Source of the DNA: Acidimicrobiales bacterium
GTDB lineage: Bacteria; Actinomycetota; Acidimicrobiia; Acidimicrobiales; Bog-793
Length of the DNA: 64,000 nt
Assembly: GCA_050015175.1 (NCBI GenBank)
Contig: JBEKBX010000003.1
Span: forward strand, 4,104 to 68,103
Direction: 5' to 3'
The notes under the pieces were generated by a model, which was not told where the DNA came from, searched no databases, and saw only the letters and a program-made list of their open reading frames with translations. A program made the translations under genes and the position numbers. Each line of letters starts with the position of its first letter. The first letter of the stretch is position 1. Shown here piece after piece: positions 45,018-54,738 of this stretch.

Positions 45018-46325
45018 GTGTTCGAGTGCCGGAGACTGCCAGAACGTAGTCATGCCGTGACCGCTCCCCCACTCTTGGAACTGGAGGCCGGCCGGGCAGC
45101 GGCCGGCGGGGGTTGTGTCGCGAGAGCCGAGGATGGTCGGGTCGTGTTCGTCCGCCATTGTCTGCCCGGCGAGCGCGTCCTCGCGGCGGTCACCGAGGAA
45201 GCGAAGTCCTACCTGCGAGCGGACGCACTCCAGATCGTCGAGTCCTCTCCGGACCGGGTGACGCCTCCGTGTCCTTACGCAGGCCCAGGCAGGTGCGGGG
45301 GCTGTGACTGGCAGCATGTCGCCCTTGAGGCGCAGCGGAGACTGAAGGCGGATCTCGTGGCCGAGCAGCTTTGGCGGCTGAGCGGCATCGAGCGTGTTGT
45401 CGAAGTCGAGGAGGTCGACGGTGCACCTGGCGGGCTCGGTTGGCGGAGCCGTATCCGCTTCGGGATCGACGGGAGTGGTCACATAGGTCTTCACAAGCAT
45501 CGTTCACACGAGCTACAGAACGTGGAGCGTTGTCTCATCGCTTCGGCCGCGGTCGAAGCAGTTGGAGTCGAAAGTCTCGAGTGGCCTGAAGTCGAGGACC
45601 TCGAGGTATTCGCGTCGGACGAGACGGGCGAAGTCGTCGTCTCTCTCACGACACGGTCCAGGCGGCTCGGGCGCTTGCAGCTCATCGAAGCCGGTCTGGT
45701 TGTGAACGGACGTGTGAAACGGGAGCCCGGGCGACTCGCCTTCAACGTCCTGAAACGCCACTACGAGGTGAGTGCGGGAGTCTTCTGGCAGGTGCACCCC
45801 AGCGCGGCTCACGTCCTTGGTCGAGCCGTGCTGGAGGGGCTTGAGGCACGGCCCGGAGATCGTGTCGCCGATCTGTACGCAGGAGCCGGCCTGTTTGCCG
45901 GGCTTGTTGGCGATGTCGTCGACCAAGCCGGCTCGGTGCTTGCAGTGGAGCGAGACCGATGGGCGTGCGCCGACGCTGCGAGAAACACTGACGAACTGCC
46001 TCATGTCGAGGTGCTCAAAGCAGCCATAACCCCGGCTCTCATACGCGAGCGTCTTGGCAAGGTGAACCTCGCTGTGCTCGACCCGTCGCGTGAGGGCGCC
46101 GGGCGAGCGGTGACGTCCTCGCTCGTGGACCTTCAGCCCGGACCTAGGCGGATCGTCTACGTAGCGTGCGATCCGGCTTCATTCGCGCGTGACCTTCGCG
46201 TCTTTCTTGACGCGAATTGGGCGTTGCGTTCGCTAAGGGCGTTCGACTTGTTTCCGATGACTTACCACGTCGAACTAGTTGCCGTCATCGAGCCGCCGCA
46301 GGTCAGAGCCACGAAAGCCTTGTGA
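45018..46325 (+). CDS. class I SAM-dependent RNA (uracil-5-)-methyltransferase, RumA/TrmA family
   Basis: TRAM-like N-terminus, a Cys cluster (CPYAGPGRCGGCDWQH), SAM motif DLYAGAGLF, and VLDPSREGAG ... VYVACDPASFARDL. GTG 45018 or GTG 45057 is the start. Confidence 0.8.
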   Translation: MFECRRLPERSHAVTAPPLLELEAGRAAAGGGCVARAEDGRVVFVRHCLPGERVLAAVTEEAKSYLRADALQIVESSPDRVTPPCPYAGPGRCGGCDWQHVALEAQRRLKADLVAEQLWRLSGIERVVEVEEVDGAPGGLGWRSRIRFGIDGSGHIGLHKHRSHELQNVERCLIASAAVEAVGVESLEWPEVEDLEVFASDETGEVVVSLTTRSRRLGRLQLIEAGLVVNGRVKREPGRLAFNVLKRHYEVSAGVFWQVHPSAAHVLGRAVLEGLEARPGDRVADLYAGAGLFAGLVGDVVDQAGSVLAVERDRWACADAARNTDELPHVEVLKAAITPALIRERLGKVNLAVLDPSREGAGRAVTSSLVDLQPGPRRIVYVACDPASFARDLRVFLDANWALRSLRAFDLFPMTYHVELVAVIEPPQVRATKAL

Positions 46326-46498
46326 TTACTGGGCTATCCAGACGCGAATTGCTCCTTGCTGCAAGTCGTCGTCGCGGTTCTCCCGCCTCATCAGGATCAG
46401 GGCACCCGGACGTTCATGGCCCACTGCAAGAGCTGACTGGCAGCCCATCGCTACTCGCGTGACTCCACCCGGCGGCCACGCAGCCGCCGCGAGCATCG

Positions 46499-46810
46499 TC
46501 AACTGGAGTTCTGCTCTCGCTGCCTGCCGTCGAGCCAGACGGTCCATGGCTCAGTCGCGCCTATTCGCAGTAACCCCATCGAAGACCAGGGATCGGAGCG
46601 AAGACGTGCTTCGATTTCGCGCTCGTCGGAGGCTTCGATGACGAGCAGGGCACGCTCGCCGTTTCCGAGCGGGCCGCCAAGGACGACAAAGCCGTCGTCG
46701 ACGAGCGCGTCCATGAACGCCGCGTGCTCGTCCCAGGCATCCTGTTCCCGTATGCCACGCGAGGTGTCCCAGCTTGGACCATGGGCAGTGGTCACGACGA
46801 AAAAGGCCAC
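46499..46810 (-). CDS. YciI-like family protein
   Basis: FFVVTTAHGPSWDTSRGIREQDAWDEHAAFMDALVDDGFVVLGGPL......ALLVIEASDEREIEARLRSDPW. Trimmed from 46900 to GTG 46810 on family length. Confidence 0.6.
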   Translation of the reverse strand: MAFFVVTTAHGPSWDTSRGIREQDAWDEHAAFMDALVDDGFVVLGGPLGNGERALLVIEASDEREIEARLRSDPWSSMGLLRIGATEPWTVWLDGRQREQNSS

Positions 46811-46935
46811 TAGGTCGATGTCCTTACAAGTCGCCGGGGTTCGTCCCCGCGTGGCCGCCCAGAGCGGTGCGTCCTCGGAGACGTCGGTTCTCGGGCTCAA
46901 CGACGTCGACCGGCGAGCCCAGATCTCCTGAGCTC

Positions 46936-47652
46936 CTAGCGCGTGTCAACTACCTGGAAGCTCTCTGCAAGCCGCCCTTCTGGCATGCCCAGCGCGGAGG
47001 CGTTGGCAGTCGCCCATGAGCGGATCATCTCCTCCAGGTTGTCGGTCCCGGCCAGCTGGCTGTGGTGGCTGCGCAGGGCAGCGAGCTTGCGCTCGATGGT
47101 TGCTGTGATGTCCACACCGCGGGTGGACCGCGGGGAGGCCATGAGCCAGACCTCATCGACGACATGGGGCTCGAGGCCGGCGGCGAGAAGTTCGGGATGC
47201 GCGTACGGGTTTCTGGCGTCCGGGTAAACGGCTTGAAGCGCTGCTTCGCCCGCGGCGAGATGATCCGGGTGGCTCGCGCGGATGCGGTCCCAGTTGCGCT
47301 CCGGCGACTGGCAGACCACTCGGTCGGGCCGGACGATCCTGATCATTCGGGCGATGTCGCGGCGAAGCTCGAACGAGACTACGAGAGAGCCGTCCGGATA
47401 GCCGAGGAAGTGCACGTCGGTGACTCCTACCTCGGCCGCGGCCTTCCGCTGTTCCTCCTGGCGGATCTGCCTGAGAGCGGCAGCCTCCACGCCCGGGATC
47501 GCGCTGCCGGCCGCCCCGTCGGTCACGATGCAGTACGTCACCGCGATCCCTTGGTCGGTCCAAGTCGCGATCGAGCCTGCTGCGCCGAAATCAACGTCGT
47601 CAGGGTGGGCCGTGACGACGAGCACTCTTGTCGGATCGCGTGACTCGCTCAT
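46936..47652 (-). CDS. PIG-L/LmbE-family deacetylase
   Basis: VLVVTAHPDDVDFGAAGSIA motif (AHPDD), HPDH, 238 aa. Confidence 0.8.
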   Translation of the reverse strand: MSESRDPTRVLVVTAHPDDVDFGAAGSIATWTDQGIAVTYCIVTDGAAGSAIPGVEAAALRQIRQEEQRKAAAEVGVTDVHFLGYPDGSLVVSFELRRDIARMIRIVRPDRVVCQSPERNWDRIRASHPDHLAAGEAALQAVYPDARNPYAHPELLAAGLEPHVVDEVWLMASPRSTRGVDITATIERKLAALRSHHSQLAGTDNLEEMIRSWATANASALGMPEGRLAESFQVVDTR

Positions 47653-48068
47653 AACCCAACCCGTCTCAGGATGACCACGGGTATAACCCGCGTTGTCTTC
47701 GCCTGGTACTCCGCGAAGCGCGGATAGCGCTCGGACTGGATCGCGTAGAGACGGTCTCGCTCGCCGCGGCCTGCTACCTCGGCTTCAACCTCGAATGTCT
47801 CTGGCCCGACCTCGACGCTCGCACGCGGATGAGCTAGGAGGTTGTGGTACCAGTCAGGATTGGTCGGGGCGCCGGCCTTGGATGCGAAGATCGCGAGTCT
47901 GTCCCGATCGGCCAGGTACATCACCGGTGCCGTGTGCTTCCGACCGGTCTTGGCACCTGTGGTGGTGAGGAGCAGGAGCGGCGCTCCGGCGAATTGCCCG
48001 TCCACCTCTCCGCCCGTGGAGCGGAACTCGTCGATGATCTTCTGGTTCCAGTCGTCGTGGTCCGTCAT
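47649..48068 (-). CDS. deazaflavin (F420)-dependent nitroreductase-family oxidoreductase (DDN-like)
   Basis: DWNQKIIDEFRSTGGEV.GQFAGAPLLLLTTTGAKTGRKHT.PVMY..D.DRLAIFASKAGAPTNPDWYHNL.A.P matches the DDN/FDOR-A signature. Confidence 0.8.
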   Translation of the reverse strand: MTDHDDWNQKIIDEFRSTGGEVDGQFAGAPLLLLTTTGAKTGRKHTAPVMYLADRDRLAIFASKAGAPTNPDWYHNLLAHPRASVEVGPETFEVEAEVAGRGERDRLYAIQSERYPRFAEYQAKTTRVIPVVILRRVGL

Positions 48069-48168
48069 TGTTCCTCCGAAGTGACGAGGGGGGTCGCCAA
48101 GCCACCGCGACGGTAGCGCCGGTGGGCGCGTGTTCGGCTCGTTCCGGTTCCCAGGAGCATGGGAACGG

Positions 48169-48987
48169 TCAGTCGAGCGCGAGCCGGTCGATCAAAAGCG
48201 ACTGAATCGACCGCCCGATAGGCCCTTGTTCGTCCCAGAGCCTGCTCTCTGACATCCCTATCCCCTGCGGCTCGGCCAAGGTGCGCGACTCGAGACCGAC
48301 CCACTCCCCCACTGGCAGTCGGCTCACGTGGATCGTCAGGTCCGGGTTGATGAACAGCCAGTCTCCGTAGCTCAGCGGCGAGCTCACGCCATTGCCGAAG
48401 TCCGCCGCGGTCGCCACGCGCTCGAGTGGTGACGGCCGCTCGCCTGCCAGCAGCGGCACACGAAGGCGCACCCACACGGTCGCCGGTCCCGGCGACTCGA
48501 ATCCACCCTCGACGAAGCGCAGTTCCGCGCCCTCGCTGTGGAAGGTTCTCGGCACTCCCTCCCACGTCATCGGGACGCCGCTCTCGGGCGGGGCGAAGGC
48601 AAGCTCGTTGAGACGGGCCGTTTTCGGCAGATCCATGTCTGCGGTGCGGATCCGCAGCGCGCGCCCGAGCACGACCTCGATCCCGTCCTGGCGCCCGATC
48701 ACCTCCACGAGCTGGACCTTGCGCCCGGGCCGGATCAGTCTCGCTTCCAACGAAATCGGGGCGAGGCTCACGGGCCTGACGAGCTCGACTGTGAGCCTGG
48801 TGACCCTCAGGCGTTCATCGGCTTCGCACCGCTGAGCTTCCCGGGCGATGAGCCCGGCAACCGGCCCGCCGTGCAGGTGCTCGGCTGTCCACGGCCCGAG
48901 GGCGAACGCGGTCGGCCGGAACCCGCCGGGCTCGGCGAGGAAGAGGGCCTCGGTGGTGTCGGTCTTCGGGCGGGGGGTCACAGGCAT
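48169..48987 (-). CDS. acyl-CoA thioesterase II-like (double hot-dog) family protein
   Basis: 272 aa. The N-terminus ...FRPT.FALGPW....LHGGPVAGLIAR and overall layout are typical of actinobacterial thioesterase-family proteins. Confidence 0.6.
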   Translation of the reverse strand: MPVTPRPKTDTTEALFLAEPGGFRPTAFALGPWTAEHLHGGPVAGLIAREAQRCEADERLRVTRLTVELVRPVSLAPISLEARLIRPGRKVQLVEVIGRQDGIEVVLGRALRIRTADMDLPKTARLNELAFAPPESGVPMTWEGVPRTFHSEGAELRFVEGGFESPGPATVWVRLRVPLLAGERPSPLERVATAADFGNGVSSPLSYGDWLFINPDLTIHVSRLPVGEWVGLESRTLAEPQGIGMSESRLWDEQGPIGRSIQSLLIDRLALD

Positions 48988-49214
48988 CCTCGGCGTCGTG
49001 GAACGGGCGGACCGGGTTCGTGGCCCACAGGATCGTACCGGCCACCGGGGGCGCGCCCGGCGGAGCGTCCTCGCCGCGCGCTCGCGATCGCGAGCAGGCT
49101 GTCGTGCACGACTGCTACACTAGGAAAGTCCGGTCGGTTGACCGGTTTCCGGCTGCGGCCGGTGAGGCCTCGAGACGACGTTCTGGTTGGCCTTTTTTCG
49201 AGCTGACTGGAGTC

Positions 49215-50735
49215 TTGTTGCCGCCCACCTTCGCCGATCTTGGTGTGCCCGCGGACCTCGTCGCGCTGCTCGCGCGCGACGGCATCACAACCCCGTTCCC
49301 GATCCAGGCAGCGACACTGCCGGAAGCGCTCGCCGGCCGGGACGTGTCCGGCCGGGCACCGACGGGTTCCGGCAAGACCCTTGCCTTCGCTATCGCGATG
49401 ACAGAGGCCCTCGCGCAGGGCGGAGCGCGCTCCAAGCCTCGCCGGCCTCGAGGCCTCGTGCTCGTGCCGACGCGGGAACTCGCCGCCCAGGTCTGTGACG
49501 TGCTCAGTCCGCTTGCGAGAACTCGCCGCCTCGCCGTCGCCGCCGTCTACGGCGGTGCCGGCTACGGTCCGCAGTTGCGAGCCTTGCGTGAGGCAGTCGA
49601 CATCTTGGTGGCCTGTCCTGGCCGGCTCGAGGACCTGGTCGAAAGACGCGACGTGAGTCTCCAGGACGTGAGCATCGCCGTCGTCGATGAGGCCGATCGC
49701 ATGGCGGACATGGGGTTTCTCCCGGCCGTTCAGCGCATCCTCGACCAGGCTGCCACCGACCGACAAGTCCTCCTGTTCTCCGCGACCCTCGACGGCGAGG
49801 TGGATGTCCTGGTACGCCGCTACCAGTCGAACCCGGTACGTCACGAGGTCGGGGCCACCGAGGCCTCCTCTGGAGAAGTGCGCCACATCTTCTGGAAGGT
49901 CGACCGCGATGACCGGGTCACGCTCGCGGCCAAGGTAGTGGCCGGCCACCAGAGCTCGATCGTCTTCTGCCGGACCCGACACGGCGCCGACAGACTGTCA
50001 CGGCAGCTCATGAATGCCGGCGTGCAGGCAGTTGCCCTGCACGGGAGTCGTACCCAGGCTCAGCGCGACCGGGCCTTGAAGGAGTTCCACGCTGGAGCCG
50101 CCCGCGTCCTGGTTGCGACAGACGTCGCCGCACGAGGCATTGACGTGGAGAACGTCGCCTGCGTGCTCCACTTCGATCCGCCCGGTGATCACAAGGACTA
50201 CGTGCATCGCTCGGGTCGCACGGGCCGGGCGGGTGCTGACGGTATCGTCATCTCCCTTGTCACCCCGGACCAATCAGGCACCGCGCGCACCTTGCAGCGC
50301 GCCCTCGGGCTCCCGCAAATACTCGAGAAGCCCCTCGACCTCCCGCCGGTCCCGCAGCGCTTGACGCACAACTCCTCGGTTCCAGGCCTGGTGGGTCGAA
50401 AGCCTTCAGCGCCCGCCCCGGCTGTGCTATCAGGGTCAGGCAAGTCCAACCGGTCCGGGCGCGCTGTTCGTCCCGTCCGCGCAGGGCACCTGCACCCGTC
50501 GAAGAGTGACGCCCGCGGCGGTCGATCGTTGCGTCCGGCAACCGGGACGCTGAAATGGTTCGACCCCGTCAGGGGCTTCGGTTTCATCGCCCCTGACTCC
50601 GGGGGACGTGACGTGTTCGTGCACCGCTCGGCGCTCGGCGAGACCGAGCATGTGCCCGCCGAGGGCGCACGCGTCGAATTCCTTTCCCGCTCAGGACCTA
50701 GAGGCCTCGAAGCTGTGGAGTTGCGTGCCGGTTGA
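49215..50735 (+). CDS. DEAD-box RNA helicase with C-terminal cold-shock domain
   Basis: Q-motif FPIQ, then PTGSGKT, DEAD (VVDEADRM), SAT, ARGID and HRSGRTGRAG. The last ~65 aa are GTLKWFDPVRGFGFIAPDSGGRDVFVHRSAL... (CSD RNP1/RNP2). Track ORF trimmed to TTG 49215 (GGAG upstream); the start is uncertain. Confidence 0.8.
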   Translation: MLPPTFADLGVPADLVALLARDGITTPFPIQAATLPEALAGRDVSGRAPTGSGKTLAFAIAMTEALAQGGARSKPRRPRGLVLVPTRELAAQVCDVLSPLARTRRLAVAAVYGGAGYGPQLRALREAVDILVACPGRLEDLVERRDVSLQDVSIAVVDEADRMADMGFLPAVQRILDQAATDRQVLLFSATLDGEVDVLVRRYQSNPVRHEVGATEASSGEVRHIFWKVDRDDRVTLAAKVVAGHQSSIVFCRTRHGADRLSRQLMNAGVQAVALHGSRTQAQRDRALKEFHAGAARVLVATDVAARGIDVENVACVLHFDPPGDHKDYVHRSGRTGRAGADGIVISLVTPDQSGTARTLQRALGLPQILEKPLDLPPVPQRLTHNSSVPGLVGRKPSAPAPAVLSGSGKSNRSGRAVRPVRAGHLHPSKSDARGGRSLRPATGTLKWFDPVRGFGFIAPDSGGRDVFVHRSALGETEHVPAEGARVEFLSRSGPRGLEAVELRAG

Positions 50736-50785
50736 GCGGCCCTTGAAGCGGCCTCGGCAGCCGCCGTTCTAGGTCCGAGACTTGC

Positions 50786-52006
50786 TCAGCTCGAGCCTGC
50801 CTCTGGTGCAGGCTTGATTCCGAGCACTACGGAGATCGTCACAAGCGTCGGGCCACGGTACAGCTCGATAGTCACTCTTTGGCCGGGATGGGCCGCTCGC
50901 ACGGCCGCGGTGAGAGAGACATCGGTAGTGATGACGCGACCGGCAAAACCGACTATGACCTCACCAGCGGCGATGCCTGCCAGCTCGGCCGGGGCCCCTG
51001 GGAACACGCTCACCACAAGTGCGCCGCTTGTCGCCGTGAGCCCCCAGGTGGCCCGCTCGGACGGCGTCACCGAGACGACTTCGACCCCCAGGAAGGCTTT
51101 CGGCTCCCCGACGGTGCCGCCCTTTTCGAGCCCCGGGATCAGAGCCCTGATGCTGCCGATGGGGATTGCGAATCCGATGTTCTGGGTAGGTGCGTCTCCC
51201 GCTGTGGTTGTGGCGGCCGCGGTGTTCATGCCGATCACCTGACCGGCGCTGTCGACGAGCGGACCACCCGAGTTCCCCGGGTTGATCGGCGCTTGAGTTT
51301 GCAAGAGCCCGCTCAGCGATTCGGTCCCCGCGCAGTTCTGCCCCCCGGAAGTGATGGACCGTCCCTCGGCCGAGATGATGCCTTCGGTGACCGAAGGCGT
51401 GCTCTGGGAAAGAGCCAGGGCGTTGCCAATCGCGAGCACGTCCTCTCCAACCCGGATCGTCGACGAATCACCGAATGAGACCGCTCGGAGCGTGGTCGGT
51501 CCGTGCATCTGCAGAAGTGCGACGTCGTAGCTGGGGTCAGTGCCGAGAAGGGTCGCCGGGTAAGCCGTCTTCTGGCCATGGAGCGTGACGGTTATCTGAG
51601 TTGCGTTCGCGATGACGTGATCGTTGGTCAGGATCTCGCCGCCGCGGGTGAGGATCATCCCGCTCCCCTCTTCTGACTGTGTCGCGCCGCCGAAAAGTCC
51701 CGATGCGCAGCTTGGGCCGAACGCCTGGATCGCGACCACCGAGGGCAGGACACGTGCGAGCACGGCTTGGACGTCGTCCATGCCGTGGAAGACGCTCGTG
51801 TCAGGCGAGAAGTTGACGGTCGTCGTGTTGGCGGCGCGGACCGTCGCCGCAACCCCCGCACCGGCGCCCAGGCCAGCTGCCGTGCCGACGACGAGGGCGA
51901 CGAGCACGACTGCGATCCAGCCACGGCGCGTGCCGCCACCGGCGGGTGGGACATCTGGGACACGTGCCACAGGCCAATCAACAGAAGGGGAAACCGCGTG
52001 TGTCAT
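50786..52006 (-). CDS. HtrA/DegP-type S1C serine protease with PDZ domain
   Basis: TM anchor, catalytic triad contexts TNDHVI, DVALLQ and GNSGGPLVD, and a C-terminal PDZ. Trimmed to ATG 52006 (GGAG 5 nt upstream) because the longer ORF overlaps the divergent gene. Confidence 0.8.
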   Translation of the reverse strand: MTHAVSPSVDWPVARVPDVPPAGGGTRRGWIAVVLVALVVGTAAGLGAGAGVAATVRAANTTTVNFSPDTSVFHGMDDVQAVLARVLPSVVAIQAFGPSCASGLFGGATQSEEGSGMILTRGGEILTNDHVIANATQITVTLHGQKTAYPATLLGTDPSYDVALLQMHGPTTLRAVSFGDSSTIRVGEDVLAIGNALALSQSTPSVTEGIISAEGRSITSGGQNCAGTESLSGLLQTQAPINPGNSGGPLVDSAGQVIGMNTAAATTTAGDAPTQNIGFAIPIGSIRALIPGLEKGGTVGEPKAFLGVEVVSVTPSERATWGLTATSGALVVSVFPGAPAELAGIAAGEVIVGFAGRVITTDVSLTAAVRAAHPGQRVTIELYRGPTLVTISVVLGIKPAPEAGSS

Positions 52007-52199
52007 CGGGACTCCGAGAGGCTCCGGACGAAGGGTGTCGCCAGCCCCGGGGTCGTCGGCAGGTTGCCGTCTGCCGAGGTCACGTTCCACAGTTGAGGTT
52101 GTATCGCGTTGGCGCCGGGGCCGTGGCGCGTGACCGTTCGCGGGCCCGTTTGGAGTCCCACTTCGCAAACTCCTCTGCAGCCTGTAGTTTGACCCCAGC

Positions 52200-54185
52200 A
52201 TGTCTAACCGTCTCGACATCGAACTGACCAGCATCCGTAGTGACGGGAGCTTCACTTGGCGGGCTGCCGGAGCACGTCAGCCCAAGGGTGTCATCGACGC
52301 GAAAGTTCTCGCGGACAGCGCGAAGGTCGGGGATATCTTGCGTGTCGAGGCCGAAGTTGAGATCGATGGGATCACAATTCTCGGGGTTTTGCCGCCGAAA
52401 GAGAAGGTGACGCCCGCGGGGCGCATCGAGCTGCTCGGCTCGTCCAAGCCGATTCCGGCGGTGACGACCGTCCTTCTTTCCGAAGGCGGCCACGGCGACC
52501 GCCGCGATCTCCTCGACAGTCCCCGCCGGAGCGATCGGAGCGGCTCGCGCGATCGTCGCCCTGGGCGCGGAGCCGAGCGCCCGGACGGTCGGCGGCCGCA
52601 GCCGGCCGCAGGTGGTCCGGAGGCTGCCGGCGAGCGCAGGCCCGAAAGGAGACCGCGTGCGGATGGGGCGCCCTTGGGCAGGCCCCCTCGCGGTGGCGAC
52701 GGTCGCCCTGCACCATCGGTCGCCGACCGCAGGCCGGAACGGCGACCTCGTCCCGAGGGACCTCCCGCAGGCGGATCTCCCCGCAACGAGGAAGGCCGCC
52801 CGGCGACATCCGGCGCCGACCGCAGGCCGGAACGGCGACCACGTCCCGAGGGAGTTGCCGCCGGCGCATCCGCCCCCACCGCGCAGGGCCGCCCTGCGAC
52901 CTCTGGGGCGGAGCGGCGTCCGCGGCCGCCGAGCACGAGCCGCCGTCCCGCACCGCCCGCCGGCGAGCGGGGCCCTGCCGATGGCCAGCAACCGGGGTCC
53001 CTGCGCGGCGCGCAGCCACAAGCCACACCCCGCCGGACCGTGCCGCGCTTCGAGCCCGGAACGGCCCATCGGGATCTCCTGTTTGCAGGCCTTGCGTCCG
53101 AGCAACGTCCAATCGCGGAACGCCTGGCGGCCGGGGGCATACCCGCGGTGCGTCGCGCGATCGCCGCAGAGCGGGAACGGGCTCGCTCAGAAGGCAGGCC
53201 CGAGGTGACCGGCGAGGCGATCCTCGCTCTTGCGGAGCAGCTCGCCCCGTCGGTCAAGCAGGCGATCTGGCTCGACCGGGCCGAAGCAGTAGTTGCGCAG
53301 CTTGATCAGATCTCCCTGCGCGACCTTCGCACGACTGTCGTCGCCGCGGCTCCTCGCGACGAGGCGTCGCGAGATCTCGACCGCAAGCTCCGTGAGGAAC
53401 TGGACCGACGGGTCAAGAAGCTCCGCTCCAACTGGGAGGACCAGATCACCCGTGCCCTCGAAGAGGGCCGAGTGCTCCAGGCGCTGCGCTTTTCGAGCCA
53501 ACCCCCAGAGCCGACGGCACGGTTCCCGGCGGCGCTCGTCGGCCGTCTCGCCACCAGTGCAGGCGCGGCGATGACCTCCAGCACGCCCGTCGAGCGGTGG
53601 CTGGCCATCCTCGAAGCCGCCGTCAGTTCCCCGATCCGACGCCAGATCCACCCAGATGGGTTGCCAGAGGACCCCTCGGGGGAGGTCGTTCGCAAAGCCC
53701 GCCTCGCCGCGGGCGGCATCCCGGCGCTCGCGCCGATGCTGGGGCTGCCCATGCCGCCTCCACCCAAGCCGCTCCGATCAGCTCGGCCCCTTCGCCCGAC
53801 GCGACCGCCCCGCCCGGTGGCGCGCACCGCTCGCCAAGCGGTGAGGACGGCCGCGACAGCGAACGCCGAGACGAGAGCAGACGCAGCCGGGACGGAGACC
53901 GCTCAGGACGACGCTTTGCCAGAGCTCGCTGAACCCGCCGAGCCGTCCTCGCAGGAGGCTACCGTCGACGCGGCCCCGCCAGAGGCCCCTGAGGCCGCAG
54001 AGGCAGCCCTCAGCGACGCTCCTGAGGGCGATGTCCCATCGGTCGCTCCTGAGCGCGCAGAGGTCATTGTGGAACTCGCCCCGGAGCCGGAGATCTCCGG
54101 AGACATGGCGCAGGCTTCCGACAACGCTCAGGCCGAGGCTGGACCTGAGCAACCCTCCCCGGTTTCAGCAGATTCTGCCGGCTGA
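52200..54185 (+). CDS. hypothetical protein with Arg/Pro-rich tandem repeats and a conserved helical C-terminal region
   Basis: The globular-looking N-terminus (MSNRLDIELTSIRSDGSFTWRAAG...) and the C-terminal half have normal composition. The antisense ORFs are Arg/Gly/Pro junk, so the + strand is preferred. Confidence 0.6.
   Translation: MSNRLDIELTSIRSDGSFTWRAAGARQPKGVIDAKVLADSAKVGDILRVEAEVEIDGITILGVLPPKEKVTPAGRIELLGSSKPIPAVTTVLLSEGGHGDRRDLLDSPRRSDRSGSRDRRPGRGAERPDGRRPQPAAGGPEAAGERRPERRPRADGAPLGRPPRGGDGRPAPSVADRRPERRPRPEGPPAGGSPRNEEGRPATSGADRRPERRPRPEGVAAGASAPTAQGRPATSGAERRPRPPSTSRRPAPPAGERGPADGQQPGSLRGAQPQATPRRTVPRFEPGTAHRDLLFAGLASEQRPIAERLAAGGIPAVRRAIAAERERARSEGRPEVTGEAILALAEQLAPSVKQAIWLDRAEAVVAQLDQISLRDLRTTVVAAAPRDEASRDLDRKLREELDRRVKKLRSNWEDQITRALEEGRVLQALRFSSQPPEPTARFPAALVGRLATSAGAAMTSSTPVERWLAILEAAVSSPIRRQIHPDGLPEDPSGEVVRKARLAAGGIPALAPMLGLPMPPPPKPLRSARPLRPTRPPRPVARTARQAVRTAATANAETRADAAGTETAQDDALPELAEPAEPSSQEATVDAAPPEAPEAAEAALSDAPEGDVPSVAPERAEVIVELAPEPEISGDMAQASDNAQAEAGPEQPSPVSADSAG
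52722..52853. repeat. 93-nt-period tandem repeat inside the Arg/Pro-rich region
   Basis: gccgaccgcaggccggaacggcgacc(t/a)cgtcccgaggga occurs at 52722-52760 and 52815-52853 (1 mismatch). It encodes ADRRPERRPRPEG... units of 31 aa. Confidence 0.85.
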
Positions 54186-54236
54186 CAGCAAGCGCCTGCC
54201 TCCCCGGCCCATCAACCCCAGGACGGGCCCCGGTCG

Positions 54237-54707
54237 TCACTTGAGCTGTCGATGCATGACCAACAAGCGCGTGGCGAAGCCCGAACCTTCCAGGAGGTTC
54301 TTCGCTGACCTCATCCCCGGGAGCACTTGTACGTCGACGCCCGCGGCACCGTGACGACCGGCCCAGTCGGTGACCGCCCCGAGAAGCGTCTCGCCTACGC
54401 CCACCTCGCGCGCAGGCGGCTCGACGTATATGACATCGACGCTCGCCAGACACAAGGACCCCGGCGGCTCATCCAGGCGGGCAACCGCCAAGCCGACCGC
54501 GACGTCGTCGATCGTCCCGAGCAGGACCAACCACCGGTCGTCGCGGACGATGGCTTCGAAGTACGGCTGGAGAGGCTCTGCAAAGGTCTCCTTCAACACG
54601 TGGACGCTGCCGCCCCGCTCCAAGGCGAGCTCTTCCCGGCACGCCCGGCAGAGCTCGACGAGCGTCCCCACGTCGTCCTCGGTGGCGACGCGGGCTGCGA
54701 GGTTCAT
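54237..54707 (-). CDS. GNAT-family N-acetyltransferase
   Basis: 156 aa. The acetyl-CoA binding-type stretch EVGVGETLLGAVTDWAGRHG lies in GNAT topology. Confidence 0.65.
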   Translation of the reverse strand: MNLAARVATEDDVGTLVELCRACREELALERGGSVHVLKETFAEPLQPYFEAIVRDDRWLVLLGTIDDVAVGLAVARLDEPPGSLCLASVDVIYVEPPAREVGVGETLLGAVTDWAGRHGAAGVDVQVLPGMRSAKNLLEGSGFATRLLVMHRQLK

Positions 54708-54738
54708 GTCGTCGCGGTGCTGTGAGTACCCGACGGGC

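Noticed and set aside
46326-46547. 73-aa minus-strand ORF downstream of the YciI-like gene
   Set aside because: It overlaps the YciI-like stop region, has no Shine-Dalgarno and no recognisable family. It could be a remnant, but the evidence is insufficient.
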